DNA of 64,000 bases from a virus, in the IMG/VR virus record IMGVR_UViG_3300032401_000690, positions 80,148 through 144,147 of that record. The stretch is one strand, 5' to 3'. Below, piece after piece: positions 8,644 through 21,900 of the stretch. Position 1 is the first letter of the stretch. Each line of letters begins with the position of its first letter. Position numbers and translations under genes: made by a program. The notes beneath the pieces are model-generated. The model searched no databases. It saw only the letters and a list, made by a program, of their open reading frames with translations, and was not told the DNA's origin.

Positions 8644-10443
8644 ATGATGGCAGATGAAAAGGCTCCCAGTGTTGATTCAGGAAATGATTACCTAGGATTT
8701 GATGTTGTTTCACAACTAAGTACATTATGGCAAAAACCCACAAATGTACTTAATCAAATTGGAACTGTTATGGAGGGTGCTTTAAAAGCAATACCCAAAG
8801 CCATTGCGGATTTAGATTCAAAATCGGCAGTTTTAATAAATGCTCTTGGTGTTGGTAGTGGTAGAGGTGCGGAATTAACACAAACACTTGCTAGGGCAAT
8901 TCCACAATATTTAGAATTAGGTTTAAAATCTGGTAAAGTTGTTGAAGATCAACAAAAATTAATTGAGGCATTTAATGTTAATTTAAGATTGACTGATAAG
9001 CAACTTGTTGAATTGGCAGCAACGGCAATGGTTACGGGTCAGGCTGGTGAATTAATGGGTAAAAGTTTCATGGATGTTGGTATTCCATTATCAATGGTTG
9101 GTGATAGAATGAAAGAAGTTGTTGAGGTTGCAAACCAAGCGGGGGTAACTGTTAAGTCAGTTTCGGCTGGTGTTGTTAAGAATCTTGACAAAATGAATAT
9201 CTACAATTTTGAAGGTGGTGTTAAAGGTTTGGCAAAAATGGCGGCACAGGCATCAAGGTTAGGTATTGATATGGAAAAAATATTCACTGTTACTGAGAAG
9301 GTATTTAATCCTGAAGGTGCTATTGAGATGGCGGCCGGACTCCAAAGATTAGGTGTTACATCAAGTGAAATGTTAGATCCATTGAGATTAATGGATTTGG
9401 CTCAAAATGACCCTGAAGAATTACAAAATCAAATTGTTAATCTTGGTAAAGAATTTACTGTTTTTAACAAACAAACCAACTCATTTGAAATATTACCAGG
9501 GGCTAAGAGAAGAATGCAGGAAATTGGTAAGGAACTTGGTATGACAGGTGGGGAATTCCAAAAAATGACTCTTAATGCCGCAAATTTTGATATGAAATTA
9601 AAATCAATCAAATTTGCTACTGGAGTAAAAGATGAGGATAAGGAATTAATTGCGACTATGGCACAGATAAATAAGTCGGGTGTTGCGGAGATTAAAGTTC
9701 GTCAAATGGTTACCGATAAGGAGGGTAAAGAAACTTGGACGGGTAAATATGATGTAAAAGATGTTGATAAACTAACTCCTGGTGATATAGAAGCATTAAA
9801 AGAGGAAGAAATGCTTCAGGGAGCAACTATGGAAGATATTGCTAAACAACAATTATCGCAATTAGTAACATTAAATGGGGCAATTGATAGATTAGGTGGT
9901 AGTGTTGCTTATGGTGTTGCGGGAAGTAAAACTGTTCAGGATAAGTTTAAAGGTGGAGTAAAAGAGGCAACAGAGGGAATAAATAAACTTAAACCATCTG
10001 TTACTACCGAAACTGTTGGTGATAATTTAGATGGTACTATGAAGTCAATAATGAGTTATATAGATACATTAAATTTAAATATGGGTACTATAACTACAGG
10101 TTTAGGAACTATTTATGACTATGTTAGTGATTATATTAAGGATCTTGGGGTTAAATTCCCAACATTAACAACATCAACCGCGACACCGGCAGGAACTACA
10201 ACAAGTTCTGCAAGTAGTTTAGCGGCCGCTGCCGGAACCACTACACCTCCACCACCAACAACAACGACAAATATTGCAATGACACATACATTTGATTTTA
10301 AAAATTTACCATCAAATGCTAATACTGCGGATATAAAGACAATGGTAGAGAAGGCAATAGTGGATGGTTTTAAAGATATCTCACAAGATCAGGCTCAAAA
10401 CATTATTAAAGTTGGTAGTGGGTCTAATTATGGTTTAACCTAA
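8644..10443 (+). CDS. Tape measure protein (putative)
   Basis: 599 aa, Ala/Gly/Met/Lys-rich and helical, directly after the chaperone. Confidence 0.7.
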   Translation: MMADEKAPSVDSGNDYLGFDVVSQLSTLWQKPTNVLNQIGTVMEGALKAIPKAIADLDSKSAVLINALGVGSGRGAELTQTLARAIPQYLELGLKSGKVVEDQQKLIEAFNVNLRLTDKQLVELAATAMVTGQAGELMGKSFMDVGIPLSMVGDRMKEVVEVANQAGVTVKSVSAGVVKNLDKMNIYNFEGGVKGLAKMAAQASRLGIDMEKIFTVTEKVFNPEGAIEMAAGLQRLGVTSSEMLDPLRLMDLAQNDPEELQNQIVNLGKEFTVFNKQTNSFEILPGAKRRMQEIGKELGMTGGEFQKMTLNAANFDMKLKSIKFATGVKDEDKELIATMAQINKSGVAEIKVRQMVTDKEGKETWTGKYDVKDVDKLTPGDIEALKEEEMLQGATMEDIAKQQLSQLVTLNGAIDRLGGSVAYGVAGSKTVQDKFKGGVKEATEGINKLKPSVTTETVGDNLDGTMKSIMSYIDTLNLNMGTITTGLGTIYDYVSDYIKDLGVKFPTLTTSTATPAGTTTSSASSLAAAAGTTTPPPPTTTTNIAMTHTFDFKNLPSNANTADIKTMVEKAIVDGFKDISQDQAQNIIKVGSGSNYGLT

Positions 10444-10496
10444 TGTTGGTTAATAAAAAAAATACATCTAAGGTATTTATAAGATAAAGGTTAAAT

Positions 10497-13400
10497 ATGT
10501 CAGATAGTATATTATCATTTGCGTCATCGTCATCATTTAGAAACAAATTAATTGCGAGGAATTTAGCACCTTATCAGGTGCAAGGTGCGTATACTGCCCC
10601 TTCTGGAAATGTAACTTATGAGGCAACACCATTAGCGGATAGTAATGTAATTGACTCACCTGATACGTTAATTTCAACAAATCAAGGGGCAAATCAACTT
10701 TATACGTTAAATGAGTATGGTCCTGAAGGTGGGTATAGTGGAAAATATAATGTACCGGGAGCACCTTACCCTGTTGAACCAAATAAAGGACCTTACGATC
10801 CAAATGATACGATATTAGATTTAATTAACGAATTTTATATTGATACCGCATATATTCAAAATAAATATGGACCTGAAGGTGGGTATAAAGATTTGGTCGT
10901 TGTTACAGATGTTATTACATCAGGTAAGATGTATTTACCATATTGGGATCCATCAATTTTTGTTCCATCATTTTATTCTCCGTATGAAATATTAAGTAGT
11001 AGTAATCCAAATGGATCTAGTGGGTCTTTATCACAAGATTCATATCTTGCAAAGATTGGAGCGGCACAACTAAAGGGGTATTTTGAGGATAGGATTGCAT
11101 TAGAAATCCAACAAATGACAATTGGGTCAATTAATTTGGATACGTTGTCTGATCCGTTCAGTGCGAGTTTATTGGCATCAGGACAACAACCATTTTTCAT
11201 TAAAAATTGGAAAATTACGGTACCTGAAAGTCCGGTATTTGCCGCAATATCATTTGCAAATAGATTAACGGGGACATATTTTCCTGTTTCATTTATTCCT
11301 GGTGATTATTTTGATGAGAATGATCCTGTTGGTAATGTTCCATCATCATTAAATACGGCTAATAATTTAACGGGTGGTGCTTTAGGACCTATATTAAATA
11401 AATTTAGAAATCCGTCAGAGATATTTTTGGCAAATACGGGTAATGGACAACAATCAGTATTGTTTGCAACATTAGATTATAATATATATAGACCACAATA
11501 CCAAAAGAACCTCATCCAAGGGGTGTCAAGTGCAATCAATAACTTATTTGGTGGAGGGTCGGCATCTGTTGGTGGTTATTATGTTGGTAGTGTTGATTCG
11601 GAACCAAGTCAAATTACAACACCCGCAAATGAAGTTGCCGTTGATAGATTTGGTAAACAGGTTGGAACTATTGTTTATGGTCCTGATGAACTTGCCAAAC
11701 TATATGAAGGCAATGAGGATAAAATAAATTTTGGATTAAAGGCGAAATCATATACTGATGGTGATGGTACGGATGGTAAATTTGTATGGACATCACCAAA
11801 ATATAAAGACAATGCAGGATTTAAGGTTGGACCTGGTGGGCAGAACTTCCAAAAAGATGAAGAGTTTAACATTATTGAAAGTCAATACGGACAAAACCTT
11901 TCAACGGGTATAGAATATAAGGGAGGATCTATTTTAGATAACACCCAACGAATTGTACAGGCCGCGGACAATGTCCAAGGTGCAAAAAGATTAAAACACG
12001 TTGGTAACGCAATTAATCAAGTGTCAAAAGTATTCAACGATGGATATAAAGAGATGACTAAAGGATCACAAGTTATTGCATATTACGATCAAAGTACGGG
12101 TGAAAATACAATTGGTGTTAGTGGTTTTGAAGTTGGTAAAGAATATTGTAGAGTATTCCAAAAAGACACACCATATTTAACATACGCCGATTTACAAAAA
12201 ACTGATGGTATAACAACATCAGGTAGAAAGTTTAGTTATTCTATCTTTGATAATACCTATAACTTGAATATTGCACCAATAAGAAATCCGGGATCAACAA
12301 ATATTGTTGATGGTAAAGTTAAAAAATATATGTTCTCATTGGAGAATTTGGCGTGGAGAACATCAGATCAACCAGGTTTTACATATGATGATTTACCTAC
12401 TTGTGAAAAAGGTCAAAATGGGGGTAGAATAATGTGGTTTCCACCTTATGATATAACATTTAGTGAGGATAGTAAGGCAAATTGGAACCCTACATCATTT
12501 TTGGGTAGACCTGAACCAATATATACCTATAAGAATACGACAAGAACGGGAAGTTTAAGTTGGAAGATAGTTGTTGATTCACCCGCGATGATGAACACAA
12601 TTGTTGAAAAACAATTAGCAAATAGAAGTTCTCAAGAGATAAATTCTATTATGGATTCATTTTTTGCGGGATGTGTTAAATACGATATCTATGATTTGGC
12701 AGCAAAATTTAATACAATACCGACAAGTGAGTTATATACATATCAACAAATACTTAATGACCCAAGATTAACACCTGAAGAATATAATAATATAATAAAA
12801 GAAGTTCCGGTGGATAAGGAAAGTGGTACGGTTACTGCTCCTGGTAAAGGAGCTGACGATGGTCCTGGAACTAAAACCGACAATAAAGATACGGTAGTTG
12901 CGAATGCTACTGATCCAATATCATTAGATGTGTTAAATGCATATTTAGGTTATGGGTTTTATTTTGAAAATGATTCACCATATTATAATCCAAACATTAA
13001 AAACCCTTCGGCTGATGATGAATGGAAAATTCAAGGACCATTAGGAAGACCACCGGCATCACAAGTTGATGGATCATCATTCACTTATGTTGATTACTAT
13101 AATTATTATATTGGATTACAGGGGACATATAATACTAAGGCACCTGAAATTGTTTGGGCATCAACTGGATCAACTTTAGATCAAGGAACAACATTTACTA
13201 AAAGTGCTATTGACCCATTCTTTTCTGATGTTGTTAAATATAATTTTGAAACATTACAAAAGGATTTTATTACATCATTAACAAAAATTCTTGTGGATAT
13301 GAAAGGTAGTGTTACTATTACGATGGAAGGATCCGCATCACCAATTCAAAATGAGACCTATAATAAATTTCTTTCTGATAGAAGAATTAATTCAGTTATT

Positions 13401-15596
13401 GCGTGGTTAGCAAGTTTAGATTTTGGGGAACTTAAAGGTCAAAAATATATTGATGATAAAAAATTAAATGTTATAGCATCAAGTTTGGGTGAAGTTGCAA
13501 ATGTTACACCAAAAACAAAAAATGGTCCTTTTTCGTCAATTAATTGTCACGAAAATGTTCGTAACGATAGTAAAACCGGAAAGGTTGTTAATACTGGTGG
13601 TCAGTGGTATTCGGCACCGGCAATGGCTTGTAGAAGAGTTTATATTAAGACCATTGTTGCAACCGGAATACCTGAAAGTCCTGTTGTTGATGATCCTGTT
13701 GTTATTGAACCAATACCTGTCGTTGTTATTGAGGGTACAGTAATAGGTAATACAGACCCGATATATGTACCCCCACTTAAAGTTGCTCCAGTACCTGATA
13801 TTAAACAATCGGTTAAAGATGGGATATCAAAAAAAGTATTGAGACATATGTTTTCTGAATGTGATTATTTTGAGGTAATAAAGGAAACTAACCCTATGGT
13901 GTTTGATAGTATTAAAGATAAAATTAAATACTTTAATCCGGCATTTCACTCTATGACACCTGAAGGTTTAAATGCTAGATTAACATTCCTTAATCAATGC
14001 ATGAGACCGGGTCAAACAATACCTGTTATTGGTCCTGATGGTAAACCAAAGTATAACGATGCGTTAAATACATCGTTTGGTGCACCACCCGTTTTGGTAT
14101 TAAGAATTGGGGATTTTTATAATACAAAAATTATACCTAACTCACTTGGTATTACATTTGATCCGTTGGTATTTGATATTAACCCTGAAGGTATTGGTGT
14201 TCAACCGATGATTGCAAAAATTAGTTTGGGGTTTGATTTTATTGGTGGTCACGGAATTGCGGGACCTGTTAAGGAACTTCAAAACGCATTGTCTTTTAAT
14301 TATTATGCGAATACCGAAATATATGATGAAAGATCGGTTGCAACGGAGAATACTTCTGAACGAGATAATACTTTAGTGAAGGCAATTATTAAAGATGGGT
14401 CAGTTAATGGTAATCCACTTATGGCAAACCAAGTTGATAATCAAATTCCACAAAAGGGTGGAAGTACTGTTGGTACCATATTATCAACAACAACATCATC
14501 TGACGGATCTTTTGCTGAAGGAGATATTGAATATAAAACATTAATGAGTGATTTATCAACAGGAACTCAAACTTATTTTAAAACAATATTTAATCAGTTG
14601 AAAACACTTACTTCAACCACAAATGGCGGTATAATGTCATTATCAAGTACTGATATGGAATTTAATAATGGTGTTTTTAATGAATATGATGCGGTACCAA
14701 CTAATGTGGATATATACGGTAAGTCAAATAGTGTTGAAAAATACATTGAAAGTTTGGTTAAACAAACAAAAAAAGATGTTAATGATGAGGTGTCTCCGAT
14801 AATTTCTGATATTGTTGGTAGTAGTAAGGGTTATCAAAGTTCATTAAAAAGAGAACTTAAAGACAATATGGGAAAAGAGGTTGAAAAGGCGGAAACTGAA
14901 TTAAATGGTATTGTTATTGGACCAATAAATGAAATGACTTCCTATCAAGAAGGGTTTAATTATACGTTAAGAAAGTTGGACGTAATATGTGATGGTATTG
15001 ACGGTATTAAATTGGGTACGGGAGATTATAAAGTTTATTCGTTAAGTGGTGATAGTGTTATAAGTAATATAAAGGATGTATATGTATTTACCGCTGGAAC
15101 ACAGATTACAAGTTTTTTAAATGATTTTCTAAGAGATAAACTTTTTGAAAAATTAGTATATAAAAAAGATGAAAATAATTTTGTTGGGATTACCGCAATG
15201 TCGATTCCTGAAAGTAGATTTTATATGGCAATGTCCCACATATTTTTGGATGATAATAAATATAATGCATTTGTTACGTCATTAACGACAAGTAAAAAAA
15301 TTAAAGAATCTGAAACAACAATTGTTGATGATATAAAAAAATATTGTGAAATTTTTAAGGTTAAATGTAAAGCAGAACACGATGCTGAAATAAAATTATT
15401 TAATGATATAGAAACATCTGAAGAGTATAAAAAATATGAAACCTTTAAACTTGTGGAGTTTGATAGTAAAGTACAATATACTACAGAAAAAACCGGAAAT
15501 AATTTACAGAAGATAAATAGAATTAAAAATTTATATCTTGATGTGAATGTTAAGACAAGTAATAAAACATATAATGGTAAAGTTAAATTTAATTAA
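10497..15596 (+). CDS. Large baseplate protein: tube-initiator (gp48/gp54-like) domain with inserted OmpA-like peptidoglycan-binding domain
   Basis: FPPYDITFSEDSKANWNPTSFLGRPEPIYTYKNTTRTGSLSW and PPVLVLRIGDFY...QPMIAKISLGFDFIGG tube-like halves flank an OmpA-like YFEND...EGSAS...YNKFLSDRRINSV...LGE...CRRVYI segment. Confidence 0.6.
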   Translation: MSDSILSFASSSSFRNKLIARNLAPYQVQGAYTAPSGNVTYEATPLADSNVIDSPDTLISTNQGANQLYTLNEYGPEGGYSGKYNVPGAPYPVEPNKGPYDPNDTILDLINEFYIDTAYIQNKYGPEGGYKDLVVVTDVITSGKMYLPYWDPSIFVPSFYSPYEILSSSNPNGSSGSLSQDSYLAKIGAAQLKGYFEDRIALEIQQMTIGSINLDTLSDPFSASLLASGQQPFFIKNWKITVPESPVFAAISFANRLTGTYFPVSFIPGDYFDENDPVGNVPSSLNTANNLTGGALGPILNKFRNPSEIFLANTGNGQQSVLFATLDYNIYRPQYQKNLIQGVSSAINNLFGGGSASVGGYYVGSVDSEPSQITTPANEVAVDRFGKQVGTIVYGPDELAKLYEGNEDKINFGLKAKSYTDGDGTDGKFVWTSPKYKDNAGFKVGPGGQNFQKDEEFNIIESQYGQNLSTGIEYKGGSILDNTQRIVQAADNVQGAKRLKHVGNAINQVSKVFNDGYKEMTKGSQVIAYYDQSTGENTIGVSGFEVGKEYCRVFQKDTPYLTYADLQKTDGITTSGRKFSYSIFDNTYNLNIAPIRNPGSTNIVDGKVKKYMFSLENLAWRTSDQPGFTYDDLPTCEKGQNGGRIMWFPPYDITFSEDSKANWNPTSFLGRPEPIYTYKNTTRTGSLSWKIVVDSPAMMNTIVEKQLANRSSQEINSIMDSFFAGCVKYDIYDLAAKFNTIPTSELYTYQQILNDPRLTPEEYNNIIKEVPVDKESGTVTAPGKGADDGPGTKTDNKDTVVANATDPISLDVLNAYLGYGFYFENDSPYYNPNIKNPSADDEWKIQGPLGRPPASQVDGSSFTYVDYYNYYIGLQGTYNTKAPEIVWASTGSTLDQGTTFTKSAIDPFFSDVVKYNFETLQKDFITSLTKILVDMKGSVTITMEGSASPIQNETYNKFLSDRRINSVIAWLASLDFGELKGQKYIDDKKLNVIASSLGEVANVTPKTKNGPFSSINCHENVRNDSKTGKVVNTGGQWYSAPAMACRRVYIKTIVATGIPESPVVDDPVVIEPIPVVVIEGTVIGNTDPIYVPPLKVAPVPDIKQSVKDGISKKVLRHMFSECDYFEVIKETNPMVFDSIKDKIKYFNPAFHSMTPEGLNARLTFLNQCMRPGQTIPVIGPDGKPKYNDALNTSFGAPPVLVLRIGDFYNTKIIPNSLGITFDPLVFDINPEGIGVQPMIAKISLGFDFIGGHGIAGPVKELQNALSFNYYANTEIYDERSVATENTSERDNTLVKAIIKDGSVNGNPLMANQVDNQIPQKGGSTVGTILSTTTSSDGSFAEGDIEYKTLMSDLSTGTQTYFKTIFNQLKTLTSTTNGGIMSLSSTDMEFNNGVFNEYDAVPTNVDIYGKSNSVEKYIESLVKQTKKDVNDEVSPIISDIVGSSKGYQSSLKRELKDNMGKEVEKAETELNGIVIGPINEMTSYQEGFNYTLRKLDVICDGIDGIKLGTGDYKVYSLSGDSVISNIKDVYVFTAGTQITSFLNDFLRDKLFEKLVYKKDENNFVGITAMSIPESRFYMAMSHIFLDDNKYNAFVTSLTTSKKIKESETTIVDDIKKYCEIFKVKCKAEHDAEIKLFNDIETSEEYKKYETFKLVEFDSKVQYTTEKTGNNLQKINRIKNLYLDVNVKTSNKTYNGKVKFN

Positions 15597-15598
15597 TA

Positions 15599-15922
15599 AT
15601 GGCATTACAATATTATAATAGATACAATCAATTTTTACAAGATGGACAACAAACAGTTGTTCCTTATATTAACTTGCCGATAAAATCGTCTGATAAACTC
15701 TATATATATAAAGTTGGAATTTCAAGGTTGGATAAAGTATCTCAACAATTTTATGGAACACCCTTTTTTGGTTGGTTAATACTACAAGCAAACCCACAAT
15801 TTACGGGTTTTGAGTTTAACATACCTGACGCGGCTATCTTGACAATTCCATATCCTTTGTTAAGTTCATTACAAGACTATAAAAATACATTAGAAAATCA
15901 TTTCTTCTACTATGGCAGATAA
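15599..15922 (+). CDS. Baseplate wedge LysM-like protein (T4 gp53 / P2 gpX-like)
   Basis: RLDKVSQQFYGTPFFGWLILQANP...ILTIP. Confidence 0.8.
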   Translation: MALQYYNRYNQFLQDGQQTVVPYINLPIKSSDKLYIYKVGISRLDKVSQQFYGTPFFGWLILQANPQFTGFEFNIPDAAILTIPYPLLSSLQDYKNTLENHFFYYGR

Positions 15923-18900
15923 CGGGGAAAATATATTAGTAGAGTTTGATTACCAAAACATTACAGTAATAGATCCAAATAAAATTATTGATAAAGATGG
16001 TAAACCACAACAAAGACTCATAAATCACGAAGATCTCGTTATGTATGCTAATTTGGAGTGCACGGTACTACCAAGAACAAAATTGGCACTTGGGGCACCA
16101 TTAAGTGATACAATTAGAACTGTTTCAGTTGCAAGTATGAACTTCTTGAATCCTGGAAATAAAACTTTTTTGGATGACGATTGGTCGGACGAAATTACCG
16201 GTAAAAACACCCTACAAGGTAAAGGGGTTAATCAGAAAAAATCTAATATCATACCGGGAAATACTTCAAATATTGATAAGAGTGATGATTATTATATAAC
16301 CCAAACATTGGTTTCAAACGGTAATCCCGGAGCGGTAGATAATGGTTTATTGGGAATTACACAAATTAATATAAGTTATAGTACGGATTTTATGCCCATA
16401 ATTGATGTTACATTGGAAGATGTTAAAGGTCGGGCATTGTTTGAGGGTGGAAATAATTCACCATATGCAGCATTTTTCCAATTACCATATCCACTATTTT
16501 ATTTAACAATAAAGGGTTATTTGGGTAAAGCGGTTAGATTACCATTAATGTTAGTTACATTTAATGCCTCTTTTGATCCTGGTTCAGGAAACTTTAGGGT
16601 TCAGTTAAAATTATATACATATAAGTATACTATTATGTCCAGCGTAAATTGGGGTGGAATGATGGCGGCACCATTAATGTATCAATCAAATGTTAAAACA
16701 AAACAAACTACTACCACAAAAAATGGTAATGGTAATGATAAGGTTACAAGTTCTTGGTCAAGTACTGGTTTTGCAAAAATGAAAGAACTTTACGCGACAT
16801 ATAAATCCAAAGGATTAATTGACGATGGTTTTCCTGAAATAACATTACAAGAATTAAAGGTTAGATTAGATACATTCCTTAAAAATATAATTGAGGAGTA
16901 TTCAAAAACAAATATGGATGTTCTTAATAAACTTGAAGAATATGCAAAAAATCTAACAGAATACGAACAAAAAGTTTATATATATTCTGGTGAAGATGCT
17001 TGGGCAAAAAAATATTTAGATTTTACTGATGTTTTTATTACAAAACCAACTAACACTCAAAAAGATGGTCTTACATTATATAAATTTAAAAAAGAATATG
17101 ATACTGCAGAAAAGAGACAATTAGCCTTAACGGTATTAGACGGACTTGTAATATCTTATAATGGGTTACTTAAGGGAAATGCGACACTTGGTGATAATAA
17201 ACCAAATAGTATTCCGGTGAATATTGTTTTAGATTTGAAAAAAAATGTTAGTACATTTTACAGTAATGCGACAGTTACGGATATTGATTTAGTTAAAACA
17301 TATTTCACAAGATCAAATAAAAAAATAACGGAAGAAGAAAAAGCAACATTTGAGGCAAAAGTAAAACTTGAATTTAATTCAAGTCAATTATTTTTCTTTG
17401 AGGGTAAAGGGTCATTTATAGATCAAACATCCACAATAGCCGAAAATTTTCAAATACAAAAACAAAAGATTGAGGAAGGTATTGCTAAAGATTTAACTAA
17501 CAAGATTGGTGCAACCTTTAAATCTGACGGAAAAGGTGGTGGAAGTGGTGGTATTGGTTTTGCTCCAACCATTAGAAACGTTCTTGCGGTGTTTTTTGCA
17601 CAAGGTGAGGCATTTTTACGCTTACTTGATGATGTTCATACAAAGGCGTGGGATCTTAGAGATAGTCCATTAAGAAAAAATGCAATACTATCTAATTCAT
17701 CTACCGTTAATAGTGTTGACCTTAAAGATTTAAGTATTGAAAAAACACCAATATACCCTTGGCCTCAATTGATTGTTGAAAACAATCTAAAAGAAGATGG
17801 GGAAAGGTTTGAATTAATGTATCCGGGACATCCATCAATTGCAACAAAAGTAAGAGCGTTTTCTCCTGAAATATGGCCTGAAGTTCAGTTTGTTGAGGAG
17901 TTTATTAAAGGAACTGTTGAGAGATCGGTTAAACAGGATTTCCCTGGGTCAGTTACAAATTCAGAAACAAAACCAAGTAGATTAAGTTTTAATGCTATTG
18001 AATTCCCAATTAGTAATGAAGTATATCAAAATACGGAAGAAGTTAAATTTTTCTATGAGATTTATGAAAGAATGTTATTGAACTCATTCTACAGTAAATT
18101 AAGTAGAGATTCAAATATTGATTTTAATATGAAGGAATATTACGCAGAATGTGAAGTATTAGATATTATTACTGCGTTGGGGTCTGATAACCCTTATTTA
18201 ACAAAAAAATTAAAAGAATATAATTTAACTTCAGGTTCGTATTTAGCGTTCTTAAAACACATATCAAACGAAGGGTCGGGAGAATCTTGGCAAAACTTTG
18301 TTAGAGGAGAATTTAACACATCATATATAAAAAATGAAGTTAATAGTTCTTTTGGGTTATTAAGTGGGGACATTATTGATAATGATAAATCAATGCCATT
18401 ACTATCGTTAAAGGATGTCTCACAATCTACAGAATATTTTGGAGATAATAATAATATTGAAAATTATGATTTTACCGACCTATATCCTATAACAAATTTG
18501 GGGTGGGATAACACTTATTTGGCAAACGCAAAGGGAATACAAAAAGCTGAAAACATATTTAAAACAACACAAGTTTTAGAATATAATAACACTAATAAAA
18601 TTATCACAAATTATTTAAATAAGGGTAAGGGTAAAGATCCTATCACAAACTTCAACTACAAACCGGCAATTTTTAGTCAAACAATAGATTTTACACTATT
18701 AGATCTAAAGGTCTTTTATAAAAATAGGAAATTTGAAGATCAATTTATTACGGAAGGAAACATATATTATTCTAATTATGAAAACAAATTAGATGCCGAT
18801 CAAACTACATCTATGTTAAACACTCCTTATTTTGTTAATGCAATACAACAAGGTGTATATAATTTTAGGTATAAGTCAAACGATCAATCACCATATAAAT

Positions 18901-21900
18901 CTGCGGCATTTTTATTCTTGAATAGTTTGCCGTTGGCAACTCTTAAGGAAAAATATAAGGAATATGGGGATAACGCAAGTACCAAGGAACTTGATTATAT
19001 TATATCAACATTTAAGAAATTTGGTGCGGTTCATGAATTACCATATGCTTGGATATTAAAATATGGGTCAATTTGGCATCGTTATAAAACGTGGAAGGAA
19101 ACGGGTGTTGATATATTAAGTGAGGTATGGACGGACTATAATTATGCTTATAATTACGACCCAACAAATAGTGCTACAACAAAAAATTATACGGTAACAA
19201 TAAATGGTGTTACTAAAGAAATTATCTTACAAGATAATTTTACAAGTGGTCTTTTAACTCAAACAAAAATAAATCCTGGGTTTTACCCAAGGACTATTGA
19301 TGATTTTAATGTTTTTTTACAGGGACAAAAAGTGTTCGGGGCAATACCACAATTAATAAATGGTACTTGTACTGTAAGTGGAACAACACTTGAAATTACA
19401 TCAATTAATTCCAACGATATTTTTACTGGTGCCGTTTTATCGGGGAGTGGTTTATCTATTGGTACAACAATATTAGATCAATTAAATGGAACTGCCGGTG
19501 GTATTGGAACATATGTTATTAGTCCATTACAGACTTCAGGAACAACACAATTTGTGGTAACCAATAACAACGCAAATGGATATACTAGTGGTGAAATACA
19601 AGGTGCGATTGATAACGGACTATCGTTGGTTAATACAACAGATTCTGTAATAACTAAAACTCCAGGTTTTGATCTTGGGTCTATAACTAGAGGTTTAAGT
19701 ATAACACCTTGGAGTTGTTATGTTGCAACAACTGATGGTGAATCAATATATCCTATGCCGTCATTTGGATCTACGATAAATCAAACACTTGTTGAATGTT
19801 TTAGACCTAATGGAACACTGAAGACTGAAGTTTCAAATAATGGTGCGATGTATAACGGTTCGGTTAGGACATTTTGGAAAGCACCCAATTATGGGTATTT
19901 TGATAATTCAAGATTATCAATACCATCACCAGATAGTTATTTAAAGGAAGTATTTAACGATGTTGCAATACAACAAAACTTCTCAATTAATGGGGAAACA
20001 AATAAATATTCAACAATAAGTGAATTATTTACAACCTTTAATAAAGAAATATTAGATATTCTTGAAACTGAATTTTTAAATTTTAGTAGATCAGAATATG
20101 ATTATAACTCAACTTTATCTTCAAATGATGAACTTGACTCAAGTAAACAAAATAAAAATTTCCAATCTTTGATGAGGGTTGTTATGAAATTACCAAAACC
20201 ATCACCAACTAGTACAAATGGTAATTCTATTGTAAAAGAAATACAGGAAAATCAAATAACTAATTTTACTAGTTATTTAACTACGTTTATGGAATATAAA
20301 GTTGTAATGAAGTATGGTAACCCATCAAATTACGATAAAAAATTATTCTATACATTCTCTAATCAATTTATTATTGACCCATATTCTTATCAGGGTTATA
20401 ATCAAAACTCACCAAATAGTTTACCAACTGCGGGTGGAACTTTAACGTTATCTCAATCTAAAACGCAATATCCTGAAACGTGGAAAACTTTGGAAACATA
20501 TATTGGTTTTTCTGAAATACCTGAATTAGTATATTCTGATAATGGATCTTATATTACTGACTTTTTTGTTGATATTGATGTTGAATTTAGTGAGAACAAT
20601 ATAAAGAATTTTGCACCAATTATTAAAATGTATGCAACTCAGAAACTACAAAATAGTGCAATCACTAAGGTTGAGTTTTATAGTTTAATGGATACCTATC
20701 TTACAAAAAACACAACATATTTAAATACTGTCTTGGATTTAGAATTAACTAGATTGAGAAAAGAGTTACCTACCATTGAAATAACCAGTGCGGATGGTAA
20801 TGTTAAGTCGGATCTTGAAGGTGAACAAACTAGATATGAATTGTGGGATTTATTTAAAACAATAAACGATACTTGGATTTCAGGGGCTGACTTTAAAAGT
20901 AAAACATTATTTGAAGATGTTTTAATAATGGATAGGGCAAGTAGGGATGTTGGTCAGAAAGTGTTTGTAGATATTTTTATGTTAAAGAATTTAATGGAAA
21001 ACGCTAATTATGCAAATAAATTACTTGATATTGTCCAATCAATTTTAACTGCTAATAATTTTGTAAACTTTACATTACCTGCTTATGCCAATTTCTATAA
21101 TGTAAAAGATGTGAGTAAAAATCCATCACCAAAACCTGAAGGAACACTAGAATTTGCAAACACTTTATTTGGGACATTTTTAGATGTTGATTATAGAGAA
21201 ACATCGGCAAAGTTTCTTTGTTTGTATAGTAATCCCCCAAGTAAACATTTGGCGATGAATGAAAATACTGATTATAGATATAGGGACGATGCGTTTGATT
21301 TAAGGAGAGCAACTGATAATCCTTTGTTGGAAAATCAAGATGGTAAAACTAATTGGGATAAATCAAATAAGGTAGTTGGGTTTAATGTTGATATTGGACC
21401 ACAAAATCAACAAATATTTAAACAGATTGATATTTCTCAAGACCCGGGATTACCAACAAGTGAGTCGTTAGAGGTATTAAACCAAATGGCGAATTTAGAT
21501 CAAAATAGAGGTGGGTATACACAAAGTGTTTCATTATATAACTTATATAAAAATAGAAGTTATAGGTGTAGTATTGATATGATGGGTAATGCTCTTATGC
21601 AACCTATGATGTATTTTAATTTACGAAATGTTCCTATGTTTAGTGGGCCATATATGATCACTAAAGTTTCTCATAGAATAGGTTTAGATGGGTTTGATAC
21701 AACAATAGAAGGTCAAAGACAACCATTCTATAGTATTCCTAAAATTGAGTCATTTATACAGTCGTTAAGTACAAAAATACTTTCAAACATTAGAGAGAAA
21801 GTAGAACAAAATAATAAGGAGATAAATGCGACAACAACAAATGTTATTAGTCAAACAAATAATGTTGTGAATAATAGTAATATGACTGTTGGTTTAAGTC

